Virus record (IMG/VR): IMGVR_UViG_3300045988_168418
Direction: 5' to 3' (one strand)
DNA length: 56,826 bases
DNA from: a virus
The notes below the pieces were generated by a model, which made no database searches, was not told the origin of the DNA, and saw only the letters and a list, made by a program, of their open reading frames with translations. This document shows positions 7,244-16,843 of this stretch, in pieces. How positions within the stretch are numbered: the first letter of the stretch is position 1; each line of letters begins with the position of its first letter. Position numbers and translations under genes: made by a program.

Positions 7244-8836
7244 GTGTATATCTTGATAAATAGAGTAGCAGAAATAAAGAAGAAGGGGTTCCAAATGAGT
7301 ATTAATGACTCCGCAGAAGATATATATACTCAATCTTTTAATGCAGTAGACTTTTCTAAAATCAAAGTTGGAATAAAAACTTTAGATGATGCTATTGTAA
7401 ACTTAGGAGAGCTAAAAAAAATTAATCCTAGGTTAGCTGATAAAAAAGAAGTTTTACGAGCTATTAATAATGGAGACTATGAAACTATGAGAGATATATC
7501 TAATTTCTTTTATAAAACTAGTGGTATTTATAATAGACTTTGTAGATATATGGCATATTTATATAGATATGATTGGTTAATTACTCCTTATATTAATTCA
7601 GATAATTTAAAGCCAGAAAAAGTATTAGATGGATTTAATAAAGCTTTAATGTATTTAGATAACTTTGAAGCTAAACGTTTTTTTGGGGAAGTTGCATTAA
7701 AAGTTATTAAGAATGGCTGTTATTATGGATATTTGATCCCCCAAAAAGATCGAATGGTAATACAAGAATTGCCGCCCAAATATTGCCGTTCAAGATTTAG
7801 TGTTAATGGACGTCCTGCGGTAGAGTTTAATATGAGATTTTTTGATGAAGCATTTAGAGATACAACTCAAAAGATGAAAATGCTAAATCTGTTTCCTGCG
7901 GAATTTAAGAAAGCTTATATTCTTTACAAAGAAGGAAAATTAAAAGCTGATTTTGCTGGAGATACATCTGGGTGGTATCTATTAAACATTGATAACGTAA
8001 TAAAATTTAACTTGAATGGAGATGATTTTCCAGCTTTCATTTCAGTCATTCCTGCAATTATAGATCTAGACGCCGCACAAGAGCTAGATAGAAAAAAAAT
8101 GCAACAAAAACTATTAAAAATTATCATTCAGAAAATGCCTGTTGATAAAAATGGAGATTTGGTTTTTGATGTAGAAGAAGCTCAACAGTTACATAATAAC
8201 GCTGTGAAAATGTTAGGAAAAGCGATTGGAATAGATGTTTTAACTACTTTTGCTGATGTCGAAGTTGCGGATATGGCTGATAAGAGTTCCACTACTACTG
8301 TTGATGAATTGGAAAAGGTTGAGCGTGCAGTTTATAACGAAGCTGGAGTCTCTCAGATGCAATTTAATACAGATGGAAATATTGCCTTAGAAAAATCTAT
8401 TTTGAATGACGAAGCTTCCATGTATAATTTATTAATTCAATTTGAAGGGTTTTTAAATACATTATTAAAGCCTTTTAATAAGAATCCAAAAAAAGTATAC
8501 TATAAAGCACAGATTTTAACTACAACAATTTATAATTATAAAGAGATGGCTAAATTATATAAAGAACAGACTCAATTAGGTTATTCTAAGATGTTACCGC
8601 AAATAGCTCTAGGTCAATCTCAAAGTTCAATTTTAGCTAATGCTTATTTTGAAAATGATGTTTTAGATTTAGTAAATCTATTTATTCCGCCTTTAATGTC
8701 TAGCACTATGAATGTAGAAGCATTAAACCAAGCAAAACCCGCGGAAGATGGAGAAGAAAAGAAAGCGGGCAGAAAAGAAAAAGCTGATGATGAGAAAAGT
8801 GAAAAAACTATGAAAAATATAGAATCTCAAGGTTGA
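7244..8836 (+). CDS. Portal protein (real start probably ATG 7294, 'MSINDSAEDIY')
   Basis: ~510-530 aa ORF directly after the terminase module, with a charged K/E-rich C-terminal tail; GAAGG RBS before 7294; assignment from position and size. Confidence 0.5.
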   Translation: MYILINRVAEIKKKGFQMSINDSAEDIYTQSFNAVDFSKIKVGIKTLDDAIVNLGELKKINPRLADKKEVLRAINNGDYETMRDISNFFYKTSGIYNRLCRYMAYLYRYDWLITPYINSDNLKPEKVLDGFNKALMYLDNFEAKRFFGEVALKVIKNGCYYGYLIPQKDRMVIQELPPKYCRSRFSVNGRPAVEFNMRFFDEAFRDTTQKMKMLNLFPAEFKKAYILYKEGKLKADFAGDTSGWYLLNIDNVIKFNLNGDDFPAFISVIPAIIDLDAAQELDRKKMQQKLLKIIIQKMPVDKNGDLVFDVEEAQQLHNNAVKMLGKAIGIDVLTTFADVEVADMADKSSTTTVDELEKVERAVYNEAGVSQMQFNTDGNIALEKSILNDEASMYNLLIQFEGFLNTLLKPFNKNPKKVYYKAQILTTTIYNYKEMAKLYKEQTQLGYSKMLPQIALGQSQSSILANAYFENDVLDLVNLFIPPLMSSTMNVEALNQAKPAEDGEEKKAGRKEKADDEKSEKTMKNIESQG

Positions 8837-8855
8837 TTAAATTGGAGGTAGCTAA

Positions 8856-10280
8856 ATGTCAAGAATGAGTATAGCTACAATAGATAGTCCAGAATTTATA
8901 AACGTTTCCCCATATAATCCTTTAATTTCAGAATGTGAAATTAAAGTTTTGTATTTGGGAGAAAATAGAAATCATAGCTATATAAGTAAAGAAGTAGCTA
9001 CAGAGATGGCTAATTCATTACCTGGATGTCCTATTGTAGGTTATTTTAAACAAGATGTAAAAGATTTTGGCGATCATGGGGATCAAGTGGTAATTGATGA
9101 AAATGGAATACATTTTAATTGTCTTACAAAGCCTTATGGATTTGTAGCTCCTAATGCTAAAATTTGGTTTCAAAAATTTGAGGATACAGACGATTTTGGA
9201 AATTCTATTATTAGAGAATATTTAATGACTACTGGGTTTTTGTGGACAGGGCAGTTTGAAGAGGCTCAAGCTGTTGTTGAGCATGGAAAACCACATTCTA
9301 TGGAATTAGATGAAGATTCTTTAAAAGGAGAATGGTCAAAAAATTATAAAACAGGTATAGACTTTTTTATTATAAATGACGCAATATTTTCAAAATTATG
9401 CATTTTAGGAGACAAAGTTGAACCTTGTTTTGAGGGTTCGAACATAACAGCTCCATATGTAAGTACATCGTTCACTAAAGTAGATGATAATTTTAAAAAA
9501 ACTTTATATACTATGATGCATGAATTAAAGGATGCATTAGAAGGAGGACAAATGGCTTTAGAAAAAGATAATAAAAAAGTTTCTGATGAAAAGGACAAAA
9601 AAGAACAAAACTTTTCCGCAGAAAATCAAAATTCTACAGAGGGATTAAATCAAACTGATTTTGTAGCTTCTGATAAAGATAAAAAAGAAAAAGAGGAAGC
9701 TAAAAAAGATCAGCCTAAAAATGATGAAACCACAAAGACAGAAGAAAATGATGAAGATAAGAAGAAAAACTTTGTAAAAAAAGAAGAGGATAAAACTGTT
9801 AAAGAAGAAAAAACTAATACAGAAGATTCTACTTCAAAGGAAGATAAAAAAGACGATAATAAAGCATCTTCTGATGATGAAGAAGAAAAGAAGAAGAATG
9901 ATAAATATACTTTATTAGAAGCTCAATATCAAAATTTACAAAGTAAATACTCTGCATTAGAAGAGGATTTTCAATCATTAGTAGCTTTTAAAAATCAAAT
10001 TGAAAATGAGAAAAAAGATGCTTTAATTAACAGTTTTTATATGCTTTCAGATGAGGATAAGAAAGATGTAGTTACAAATAAAGCTAAATATTCTTTAGAT
10101 GATATTGAAGCAAAGTTATCTGTAATTTGTGTTAGAAAGAAAGTTAATTTTGATTTAGAAAATACCTCAAAAAATGAAAAAGATAATCCTGTTACAACTT
10201 TTAGCCTAGAAGAACAGGATAGTTCTATCCCAGCGTGGATAAATGCTTTAAAAAATACTCGAAACAGTAGAAATGATTAA
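8856..10280 (+). CDS. Scaffolding protein (globular N-terminal half, K/E/D-rich coiled-coil C-terminal half)
   Basis: Lies between portal and capsid; extremely charged low-complexity segment 'KDKKEKEEAKKDQPKNDE...'; coiled-coil 'LLEAQYQNLQSKYSALEEDFQSL'. Confidence 0.45.
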   Translation: MSRMSIATIDSPEFINVSPYNPLISECEIKVLYLGENRNHSYISKEVATEMANSLPGCPIVGYFKQDVKDFGDHGDQVVIDENGIHFNCLTKPYGFVAPNAKIWFQKFEDTDDFGNSIIREYLMTTGFLWTGQFEEAQAVVEHGKPHSMELDEDSLKGEWSKNYKTGIDFFIINDAIFSKLCILGDKVEPCFEGSNITAPYVSTSFTKVDDNFKKTLYTMMHELKDALEGGQMALEKDNKKVSDEKDKKEQNFSAENQNSTEGLNQTDFVASDKDKKEKEEAKKDQPKNDETTKTEENDEDKKKNFVKKEEDKTVKEEKTNTEDSTSKEDKKDDNKASSDDEEEKKKNDKYTLLEAQYQNLQSKYSALEEDFQSLVAFKNQIENEKKDALINSFYMLSDEDKKDVVTNKAKYSLDDIEAKLSVICVRKKVNFDLENTSKNEKDNPVTTFSLEEQDSSIPAWINALKNTRNSRND

Positions 10281-10293
10281 GGAGGATATATAG

Positions 10294-10875
10294 ATGGCTA
10301 CAACAATTAAAAGAGTTGGTTTTGGTCAAGTTGAACCTAATCATTTGTCAGCTCAAAGAACTTCTCAGATTTACGCACAATTACCAGCAAAATCTGATAT
10401 TAGTATTCTTGAAAATGGTCAGTATGTAAAATATGACTATGCTAATGGAGAAGTTAATTTTACTGGCAAAGGTGAATGGATGATGGTGTTCAACGAAGTA
10501 AAATTATACGATGATAAGTGGAGAGAGTCTTATAAAGACTTTGCTATGATTAAAGATAATTATACCGCGGGAAGCGATGATATTACTCATGATGGCTTAG
10601 GTCCGTTTAAAGGTCAGATGGTTCCGCGTGTAATTAAAACAAATGTTGGAGATATTTATACTACTAATGCTGTTGGTGCTGCAAATACAAGCGGAAAAGC
10701 AGAGTATGCTGGTATTGCTCTTGAAGTAGGAGACTTTTTAAAAGTTGACACAACAGGCTTCTTAGTAAAAGATGAAGCAGCAGAAGCTTCAACAGAAAGC
10801 ATGCTATGGCAAGTAGTAAAAATTTATACTATGGCAGATGGACAACCAGCTGTTAAGGTAATGAGAGTTAAATAA
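10294..10875 (+). CDS. Head protein (possible decoration/auxiliary capsid protein)
   Basis: Strong RBS 'aaggagga'; lies between scaffold and major capsid. Confidence 0.35.
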   Translation: MATTIKRVGFGQVEPNHLSAQRTSQIYAQLPAKSDISILENGQYVKYDYANGEVNFTGKGEWMMVFNEVKLYDDKWRESYKDFAMIKDNYTAGSDDITHDGLGPFKGQMVPRVIKTNVGDIYTTNAVGAANTSGKAEYAGIALEVGDFLKVDTTGFLVKDEAAEASTESMLWQVVKIYTMADGQPAVKVMRVK

Positions 10876-10890
10876 GGAGGATTATAAGAG

Positions 10891-11919
10891 ATGGCTTTAA
10901 GTAGAAAAGATTTATTTACATTAGCTAAAACCGTAGCAAAAGCTAATCCTTCTTCTCAGGTTGCTTATTCTTTCGGTAATGAAAAATTTAGCTATGCAGA
11001 TTTAAACGATACATTAAGAAACGAATTAAGAGAAATCGCGGGAACATACGCACTTTATCGCGAAAATAAGAATACAATTTTTGCCCTTATGGAAGAGACT
11101 ATTGATGATGTTCTTCCAAAAAAGGTATTAGAGCAATATGGTCAATTCGCTGAAATTAAAACATTTAGTCAGGGAGATAAACCTGTATTTACTCAGAGAA
11201 TTACAGTTGCTTCAAAGAGACGTGCAAAACAATTTATTACAAAAGTTGGATTAGCAGGTATTTATGAAGTATTCAAACTGGATGGTAAATCTTATGAAGT
11301 TCCTACAAGTGCTTTTGGTGGAGCTGCTCAAATTGGATTTGAAGAATTCTTAGATAAACGTATAGATTTCGCGGATGTTCTTGATATTATTATGGAAGGT
11401 TTGGATGAAAGCCTTTATCTTGAAATTGAAAGAGCTTTGAAAGGTGCCGTAACTAATTTACAAGCTAATAACAAGACTACTCAAGACTCTTTTGTAGAAG
11501 CTGAAATGGATAAATTATTAGCTGTAGCAGACTCTTATGGACAAGCTACCATTTATTGTACATATGAATTCGCGGCTACTATGGTACCTGCTGAGGGTTG
11601 GATTTCAGACGCTATGAAAGACCAAAAATGGAATAACGGTTATTTAGCAAGCTATAAAGGACATAGAGTAATTGTTTTACCTCAGTCTTATGAAGATGAA
11701 ACTAATAGTAAAAAAGTTATCGACCCATCTTATGCATGGATTATTCCTACTGGCGGAAATGATAAACCTGTAAAAGTTGCTCTTGAAGGACAGACTATCG
11801 TTAGAGAAATTGAAAATGCTGATATGTCAAGAGAAATTCAGGTTTACAAGAAAATGGGTGTTGCTGCAATTATCACTAATAATATTTGCGTATATAGAAA
11901 CACTAGTTTGACTCAATAA
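10891..11919 (+). CDS. Major capsid protein (SPP1 gp13-like family)
   Basis: 342 aa; C-terminal 'YKGHRVIVLP' resembles SPP1 gp13 'NRKHFVLHP'; strong RBS; followed by a terminator hairpin. Confidence 0.55.
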   Translation: MALSRKDLFTLAKTVAKANPSSQVAYSFGNEKFSYADLNDTLRNELREIAGTYALYRENKNTIFALMEETIDDVLPKKVLEQYGQFAEIKTFSQGDKPVFTQRITVASKRRAKQFITKVGLAGIYEVFKLDGKSYEVPTSAFGGAAQIGFEEFLDKRIDFADVLDIIMEGLDESLYLEIERALKGAVTNLQANNKTTQDSFVEAEMDKLLAVADSYGQATIYCTYEFAATMVPAEGWISDAMKDQKWNNGYLASYKGHRVIVLPQSYEDETNSKKVIDPSYAWIIPTGGNDKPVKVALEGQTIVREIENADMSREIQVYKKMGVAAIITNNICVYRNTSLTQ

Positions 11920-11926
11920 TTTAATA

Positions 11927-11960
11927 TGGGGAAGATAATATATCTTCCCCAATATTTTTA
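11927..11960 (+). terminator. Rho-independent terminator/attenuator after the capsid gene
   Basis: 'tggggaagata-ata-tatcttcccca' hairpin followed by 'atattttta'. Confidence 0.55.
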
Positions 11961-11988
11961 TATATATTTAGAGATAAAAGGAGAAAAT

Positions 11989-12558
11989 ATGTTAGAGAAA
12001 GATACTTTAATCAAAGTTATAAATAGAGATAATGGAACTGTTGGTTATACAATTCCTGACTTAGGAAATTTACATCGTAATTTTCAGCCAAGAGAAGAAA
12101 AAGAAGTTACTATGGATGAGTTGAGAAAGCTATCTTATTTACCAGGCGGAATAGTTATTTTAAAAGACTGTTTAATCATTAAAAACAAAGAGGCTTTAGA
12201 AGAATTACTTCCAGAAGTCGAGCCAGAATATTTTTATTCAGAAGAAGATATTAAAAAATTACTTTTAACAGGTTCATTAGATCAGCTTATGGATTGCTTA
12301 GACTTTGCTCCTATTGGTGTTATTGATTTAGTTAAAGAGTTGGCAGTTAAGTTAAAAATTAATGATATTAGTAAGAGAGAAGCTATTTTTGAGAAGACTG
12401 GTTTTAATGTAAATAAGGCTATTGAAATTAATAAAGAAACAGATGAAAATGAAATTCCTAAAGAAAAAGCTAGAAGAACTACCCCAGTTTCTTCAACTTC
12501 AACTGCGACAGGAAGAAGAACAGCTCCGCCAAAATACAAAGTAACAGTTACAAAATAA
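11989..12558 (+). CDS. Hypothetical head-associated protein (the track ORF starts at 11926, but that start lies inside the terminator hairpin; ATG 11989 with RBS 'aaaggaga' preferred)
   Basis: In-frame ATG with an RBS downstream of the hairpin. Confidence 0.45.
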   Translation: MLEKDTLIKVINRDNGTVGYTIPDLGNLHRNFQPREEKEVTMDELRKLSYLPGGIVILKDCLIIKNKEALEELLPEVEPEYFYSEEDIKKLLLTGSLDQLMDCLDFAPIGVIDLVKELAVKLKINDISKREAIFEKTGFNVNKAIEINKETDENEIPKEKARRTTPVSSTSTATGRRTAPPKYKVTVTK

Positions 12559-12577
12559 AACATAAAGGGAGGCAATT

Positions 12578-13147
12578 ATGAATAATATTAATAAAACTCC
12601 TTTTTCTAAAGTTTATGATTGTTTTTTATCAACTAAGGTAACAGACGATATGTACTTAGAATTAACTGAATTAGAGACGTTTCGTATGTTGCAAGATCTC
12701 TTGCTTTCCGCAATGTATAAATTTGAATTTCCGCGAGTTAATCTTTATGACTATGAAGAAGATTCTTTTGTAGATGAATCTACTTATAAAGGCGTTGAAA
12801 GTAACAATATAGAAGTTAAAGCTTTTATTTATTCAGGTGGTTTTTTTAATAGTTTTTTAACTCAAGAGGAAATTAACATTCTTGCGGTTTACATGGTTGT
12901 AGAGTGGATAGGATATCAGTTAGCTTCGATTGAAAATACTAGACTTAAATATAGCGGTTCAGATTTTAAATTTACTTCTCAGGCAAATCATATGCATAAA
13001 TTATTAGCAATTAAGAAAGATTATGAAAGAGAAGGATTTCATTTACAGAGATTGTATAAAAGAAGAAAAGTTGATAAAAAAGGCATTGTGCGTTCAACCT
13101 TCAATATTATTATGGAACCAATAGAGGAGGAGCGTCATGATACTTAA
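12578..13147 (+). CDS. Head-tail connector/head completion protein (hypothetical)
   Basis: Position and size in the morphogenesis module; RBS 'aagggagg'. Confidence 0.3.
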   Translation: MNNINKTPFSKVYDCFLSTKVTDDMYLELTELETFRMLQDLLLSAMYKFEFPRVNLYDYEEDSFVDESTYKGVESNNIEVKAFIYSGGFFNSFLTQEEINILAVYMVVEWIGYQLASIENTRLKYSGSDFKFTSQANHMHKLLAIKKDYEREGFHLQRLYKRRKVDKKGIVRSTFNIIMEPIEEERHDT

Positions 13148-13442
13148 ATATGGTGCGGAAATAGATAAATCCGCTATTGATAAAAATCTAAATAGAATTA
13201 CAAATCAAATCTATAAGTTATTGCCAAGTAGAGAAGAAAAATCAGATTGGCAAAAACCATTAACTACTATTATTGAGGAGCTGGCGGGAATGGATAGATT
13301 GTTATTTGACCAGCATGAAGTTCTGTTTCCGCTCTTGTGTAAATTAGAAGGACTATTCCTACTATCAGAAGATAAAGACTTTTTTCTTTATAGAAGAACT
13401 ATCTTTGAATGTTTAGGATTGATAAATAATATAAAGATATGA
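13137..13442 (+). CDS. Head-tail adaptor-like small protein (hypothetical)
   Basis: Overlapping start/stop coupling with neighbouring genes. Confidence 0.3.
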   Translation: MILKYGAEIDKSAIDKNLNRITNQIYKLLPSREEKSDWQKPLTTIIEELAGMDRLLFDQHEVLFPLLCKLEGLFLLSEDKDFFLYRRTIFECLGLINNIKI

Positions 13443-14398
13443 ATGGATTAGATAATTTAAAAACTAGACTTAATTATTATGGCGGAAGTAAGGAACAAAG
13501 GCTTATTAATGATAAGCTCAGGTCATTAAAAAAAGCTATGTATTCTTATCAAGGTCAAACCGCGATTCTTGAAGATGGACGAGAGTTTAAGTGCTTAATT
13601 AACCCAAATAAATTAAATCCAGATTATGATAATAAAATACTTTCTATACCTTATAGAGATGTATGTTTAAATAAAAGTAGACTAGGGAAAACTTCTGAAG
13701 CAGAAGAGGAGTTGGGGATAAAGTCTGGAGACATTATCTCTTGGAAAGAGACTAATACTAAATGGATTATTTATTTACCTTTTTTAGAAGAAGTTGCTTA
13801 TTTTAGAGCGGAGATTAGAAAGTGCGAGGCTCAAGCTGAATTAAACGGGAAGAAATATTGGATTTATATTAGAGGCCCTGTAGAAACTACTATTCAATGG
13901 AATAAAAAGAATAATACAGTTTGGAATGACTTAAATAATACCTTAGTTTTTTATATTACTAAGAATAAGGAAACTTTAGATTTTTTTCATAGATTTAAGT
14001 TATTGAAGATAGAAGGACAAACTTGGGAAGTCCAAGACACGAATATCTTTTATGGGGAAGGTATTATTAAAGTTACTGTAAAAGAATATTATGAGAATCC
14101 GCTTCAAGATTATTATGAAGAGAGAGAAAAAGAAAAAAAAGAAGATTCAACAACAGAATCTGATATAGCCGGAGATGTTGAAGTATATCCATATGATATA
14201 AAGGAATATTCTTTAAAAGGAGATTTTAAAGAAGGCACTTGGAGTATAAATAATAATAAAGCAAAAATTATAGAAATAAAAGATAATTCTGCTATTGTAG
14301 AAGTAGTAACTGGAAAAAGTGGAGAATTTATTTTGGCTTACAGTGAAAAAGATCAAGGAAAAGTTTTAACTTTAAAAGTAAAAATCAATTCTTTGTAA
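13439..14398 (+). CDS. Hypothetical structural protein
   Basis: ATGA overlap with the upstream gene; position. Confidence 0.3.
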   Translation: MNGLDNLKTRLNYYGGSKEQRLINDKLRSLKKAMYSYQGQTAILEDGREFKCLINPNKLNPDYDNKILSIPYRDVCLNKSRLGKTSEAEEELGIKSGDIISWKETNTKWIIYLPFLEEVAYFRAEIRKCEAQAELNGKKYWIYIRGPVETTIQWNKKNNTVWNDLNNTLVFYITKNKETLDFFHRFKLLKIEGQTWEVQDTNIFYGEGIIKVTVKEYYENPLQDYYEEREKEKKEDSTTESDIAGDVEVYPYDIKEYSLKGDFKEGTWSINNNKAKIIEIKDNSAIVEVVTGKSGEFILAYSEKDQGKVLTLKVKINSL

Positions 14399-14425
14399 AA
14401 TATAAATGGAGATAAAAGGAGTAAT

Positions 14426-15010
14426 ATGAAAAGAAATTTAGCCGTAACGAATATTCAATCATCTTTTCTCTCTTGTGAAAAAGATACTGAAAGAATATTA
14501 AAAAAGCTTTTTGTTGAAAGTAAACCTTATAGTGATGATCTAAAAAGACTTTTGGTAATAAACACTAAAGATTGTTTAGATAATAAAGAAGATGAACAGT
14601 ATAAAAAAAGATTAACTGAAATGACTCTTGGAAAAATGATTGAGCAGGGTTATGTTAAATTAAAACCTAAGCTTAGACTTCCTGAACATGAAGAAATTAA
14701 ATCTTATATAATTGTTTCTTATGATAATTTTACACCCAATAGAACAAATCCAGAATTTAGAGATTGTACGATTAATTTTGACGTATTATGTCATACTGAT
14801 TATTGGGATATAGGAAACTATAGAGTGAGACCGCTTAAAATTTGCGGTTATATAGATGGGCTTTTGAATAATACAAAATTAACAGGAATTGGAGAATTGC
14901 AGTTGGTAAGATGTAATGAATTGCTTTTAGATGAAGACTTAAGCGGATATAGTTTAACTTATAAAGCAATTCATGGCAGTGATGATAAGATTCCTTCTGA
15001 GGAAGAATAA
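14426..15010 (+). CDS. Hypothetical structural protein (head-tail joining region)
   Basis: RBS 'aaaggag'; position. Confidence 0.3.
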   Translation: MKRNLAVTNIQSSFLSCEKDTERILKKLFVESKPYSDDLKRLLVINTKDCLDNKEDEQYKKRLTEMTLGKMIEQGYVKLKPKLRLPEHEEIKSYIIVSYDNFTPNRTNPEFRDCTINFDVLCHTDYWDIGNYRVRPLKICGYIDGLLNNTKLTGIGELQLVRCNELLLDEDLSGYSLTYKAIHGSDDKIPSEEE

Positions 15011-15753
15011 TGAATAATGATTTACTTTTATTGTCTGGTAATGATATTGCTTTTACAGAAGCTCAACTCACTGTACATCAACCTATTATTAAAGAAATTG
15101 CTTATATTGGAGAAGAAACTTTTTTTATGGGATGCGAATTTCTAAATTTTTCAAAAGATAATTTAAGTAAAGAGGACAAAGTTAATTTAAGAAATAAAAC
15201 TAATTTTGAAATATTAATGTCAATAATGAAAAGCAAAAATGTTATTGCCCAACAGAATAAAAACTGTGCTCTATTAGTGCTAATGTTATTATTCCCAGAA
15301 TATAGTTTATCATTAGATATGTTTATGGAACAAATTGTTCTAAAAAAAGATGGAAAAGAATATTTTATCAATAATAAAAATTATGAAGCATTTAAAAGTA
15401 TTCTAATCTCTGTCTTTTGTTTAGATAAAAACAAAGATGATGTATCTTCATATAATCCTGGTAATGACGCAGCTAGAAAAATCGCGGAAAAGCTGAAAAA
15501 AGGTCGAGCTAAAGTTGCATCTTTAAAAGGTGATTCTCAAAAAATTTCTATTTTAGAAAGATATATTTCTATCTTAGCTGTTGGAGAAAATAAAGATATA
15601 AATTCTTTAATGCAATATACTGTTTATCAATTATTTGACGAGTTCCAGCGGTTTGAACTAAAGCAAAGCCATGATACATACCTTAAGGCTAAATTAGCTG
15701 GAGCTAAAGATTTGGATGAAGTAGAAAATTGGATGAAAAATATCCATCCATAA
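15010..15753 (+). CDS. Hypothetical structural protein
   Basis: ATGA overlap with the upstream gene. Confidence 0.3.
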   Translation: MNNDLLLLSGNDIAFTEAQLTVHQPIIKEIAYIGEETFFMGCEFLNFSKDNLSKEDKVNLRNKTNFEILMSIMKSKNVIAQQNKNCALLVLMLLFPEYSLSLDMFMEQIVLKKDGKEYFINNKNYEAFKSILISVFCLDKNKDDVSSYNPGNDAARKIAEKLKKGRAKVASLKGDSQKISILERYISILAVGENKDINSLMQYTVYQLFDEFQRFELKQSHDTYLKAKLAGAKDLDEVENWMKNIHP

Positions 15754-15837
15754 TATTACTTTTATGTATAAAGATAACTTAAAAAAGTTATTTTTAAAAG
15801 ATAAATTAAGAATTTTATATAAGGAGGATAATGCGTT

Positions 15838-16782
15838 ATGAAGTTTGGCGTTAGAGAGATTTGTGATGTAGTGTTTAAAGCGAAAGCAAATGTCACTATT
15901 GGTAATACTAAATTCGTCAAAGGTCAGCCTGTACTTTATATAGATACAGCAAAAACTTCTACCTTAGAAGGTGCTGCAACCACAGTCTATGCACAGGGTG
16001 GAAAAGGAAACACTAGACTGATCGCGTGGGAAGGTGAAAAGACTTTAACTTTTACAGTTGAAGATGCCCTATTATCACCTATTGGTTTTGCTGTACTTTC
16101 TGGAGCAGGCTTAATTAAAGCTGATAGTAAGAATTTAGTCCATGTTCATATGACAACTGATGTAATCGCGGGAGCAGAAGGTGTTTGTGAAATCACTTAT
16201 GAAGCTTTTGATGATGAAACAACAACAATCTGTAATACAACAGATGTTCCTGTATTTGGTACTGTTTTAGATGGTTCTGGCTCAGGTATTAAATTCTTAG
16301 GAGCAGGTACATTTGAAGCAGCAACCGCAACGGTAAATGTAAAATCTACTACTATAGAAAATGCTATTGAAGTATCAAACGGTAAAACTTGTCAGATTAA
16401 ATTTACAGGTGCGGTTGAAGGTCAGGTAGTAAGAATTGATTATTACATTATTAAATCTGCAGGTGCTCAGACCATCACTATTGATGCTGAAAACTTTGCT
16501 GGTTACTACTATGTAGAGGCTAGTACATTATTTAGACGTCAGGATAGTGGAGTAGATATGCCTGCTGAATTAGTTATTCCGAATGTAAAAATTCAGTCTA
16601 ACTTTACATTCACTATGGCGGCTACTGGAGATCCATCTACATTTACTTTTACGATGGATGCTTTCCCAGGATATACAATGTTTGATAGAACAAAGAAAGT
16701 TCTTTGTGCAATTCAAATTATTGGTACGGACGCAGTAGATGATGCTGAAGATACTGGTCATACAAACCATCAAAAAGGTTGA
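15838..16782 (+). CDS. Major tail (tube) protein
   Basis: Strong RBS 'aaggagga'; 314 aa, rich in T/G/V beta-strand composition; followed by a strong terminator and then chaperone/TMP genes. Confidence 0.5.
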   Translation: MKFGVREICDVVFKAKANVTIGNTKFVKGQPVLYIDTAKTSTLEGAATTVYAQGGKGNTRLIAWEGEKTLTFTVEDALLSPIGFAVLSGAGLIKADSKNLVHVHMTTDVIAGAEGVCEITYEAFDDETTTICNTTDVPVFGTVLDGSGSGIKFLGAGTFEAATATVNVKSTTIENAIEVSNGKTCQIKFTGAVEGQVVRIDYYIIKSAGAQTITIDAENFAGYYYVEASTLFRRQDSGVDMPAELVIPNVKIQSNFTFTMAATGDPSTFTFTMDAFPGYTMFDRTKKVLCAIQIIGTDAVDDAEDTGHTNHQKG

Positions 16783-16790
16783 TAATTAAA

Positions 16791-16823
16791 TAGGAGAGTT
16801 TAATAACTCTCCTATTTTTTTTT
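16791..16823 (+). terminator. Rho-independent terminator
   Basis: 'taggagagtt-taat-aactctccta' followed by T9. Confidence 0.7.
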
Positions 16824-16843
16824 ATTTATGGAGGAAGTATAAT

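Noticed and set aside
11926-11988. Track start codon at 11926 for the ORF after the capsid gene.
   Set aside because: Those codons form the terminator hairpin. A downstream in-frame ATG at 11989 has a proper RBS.
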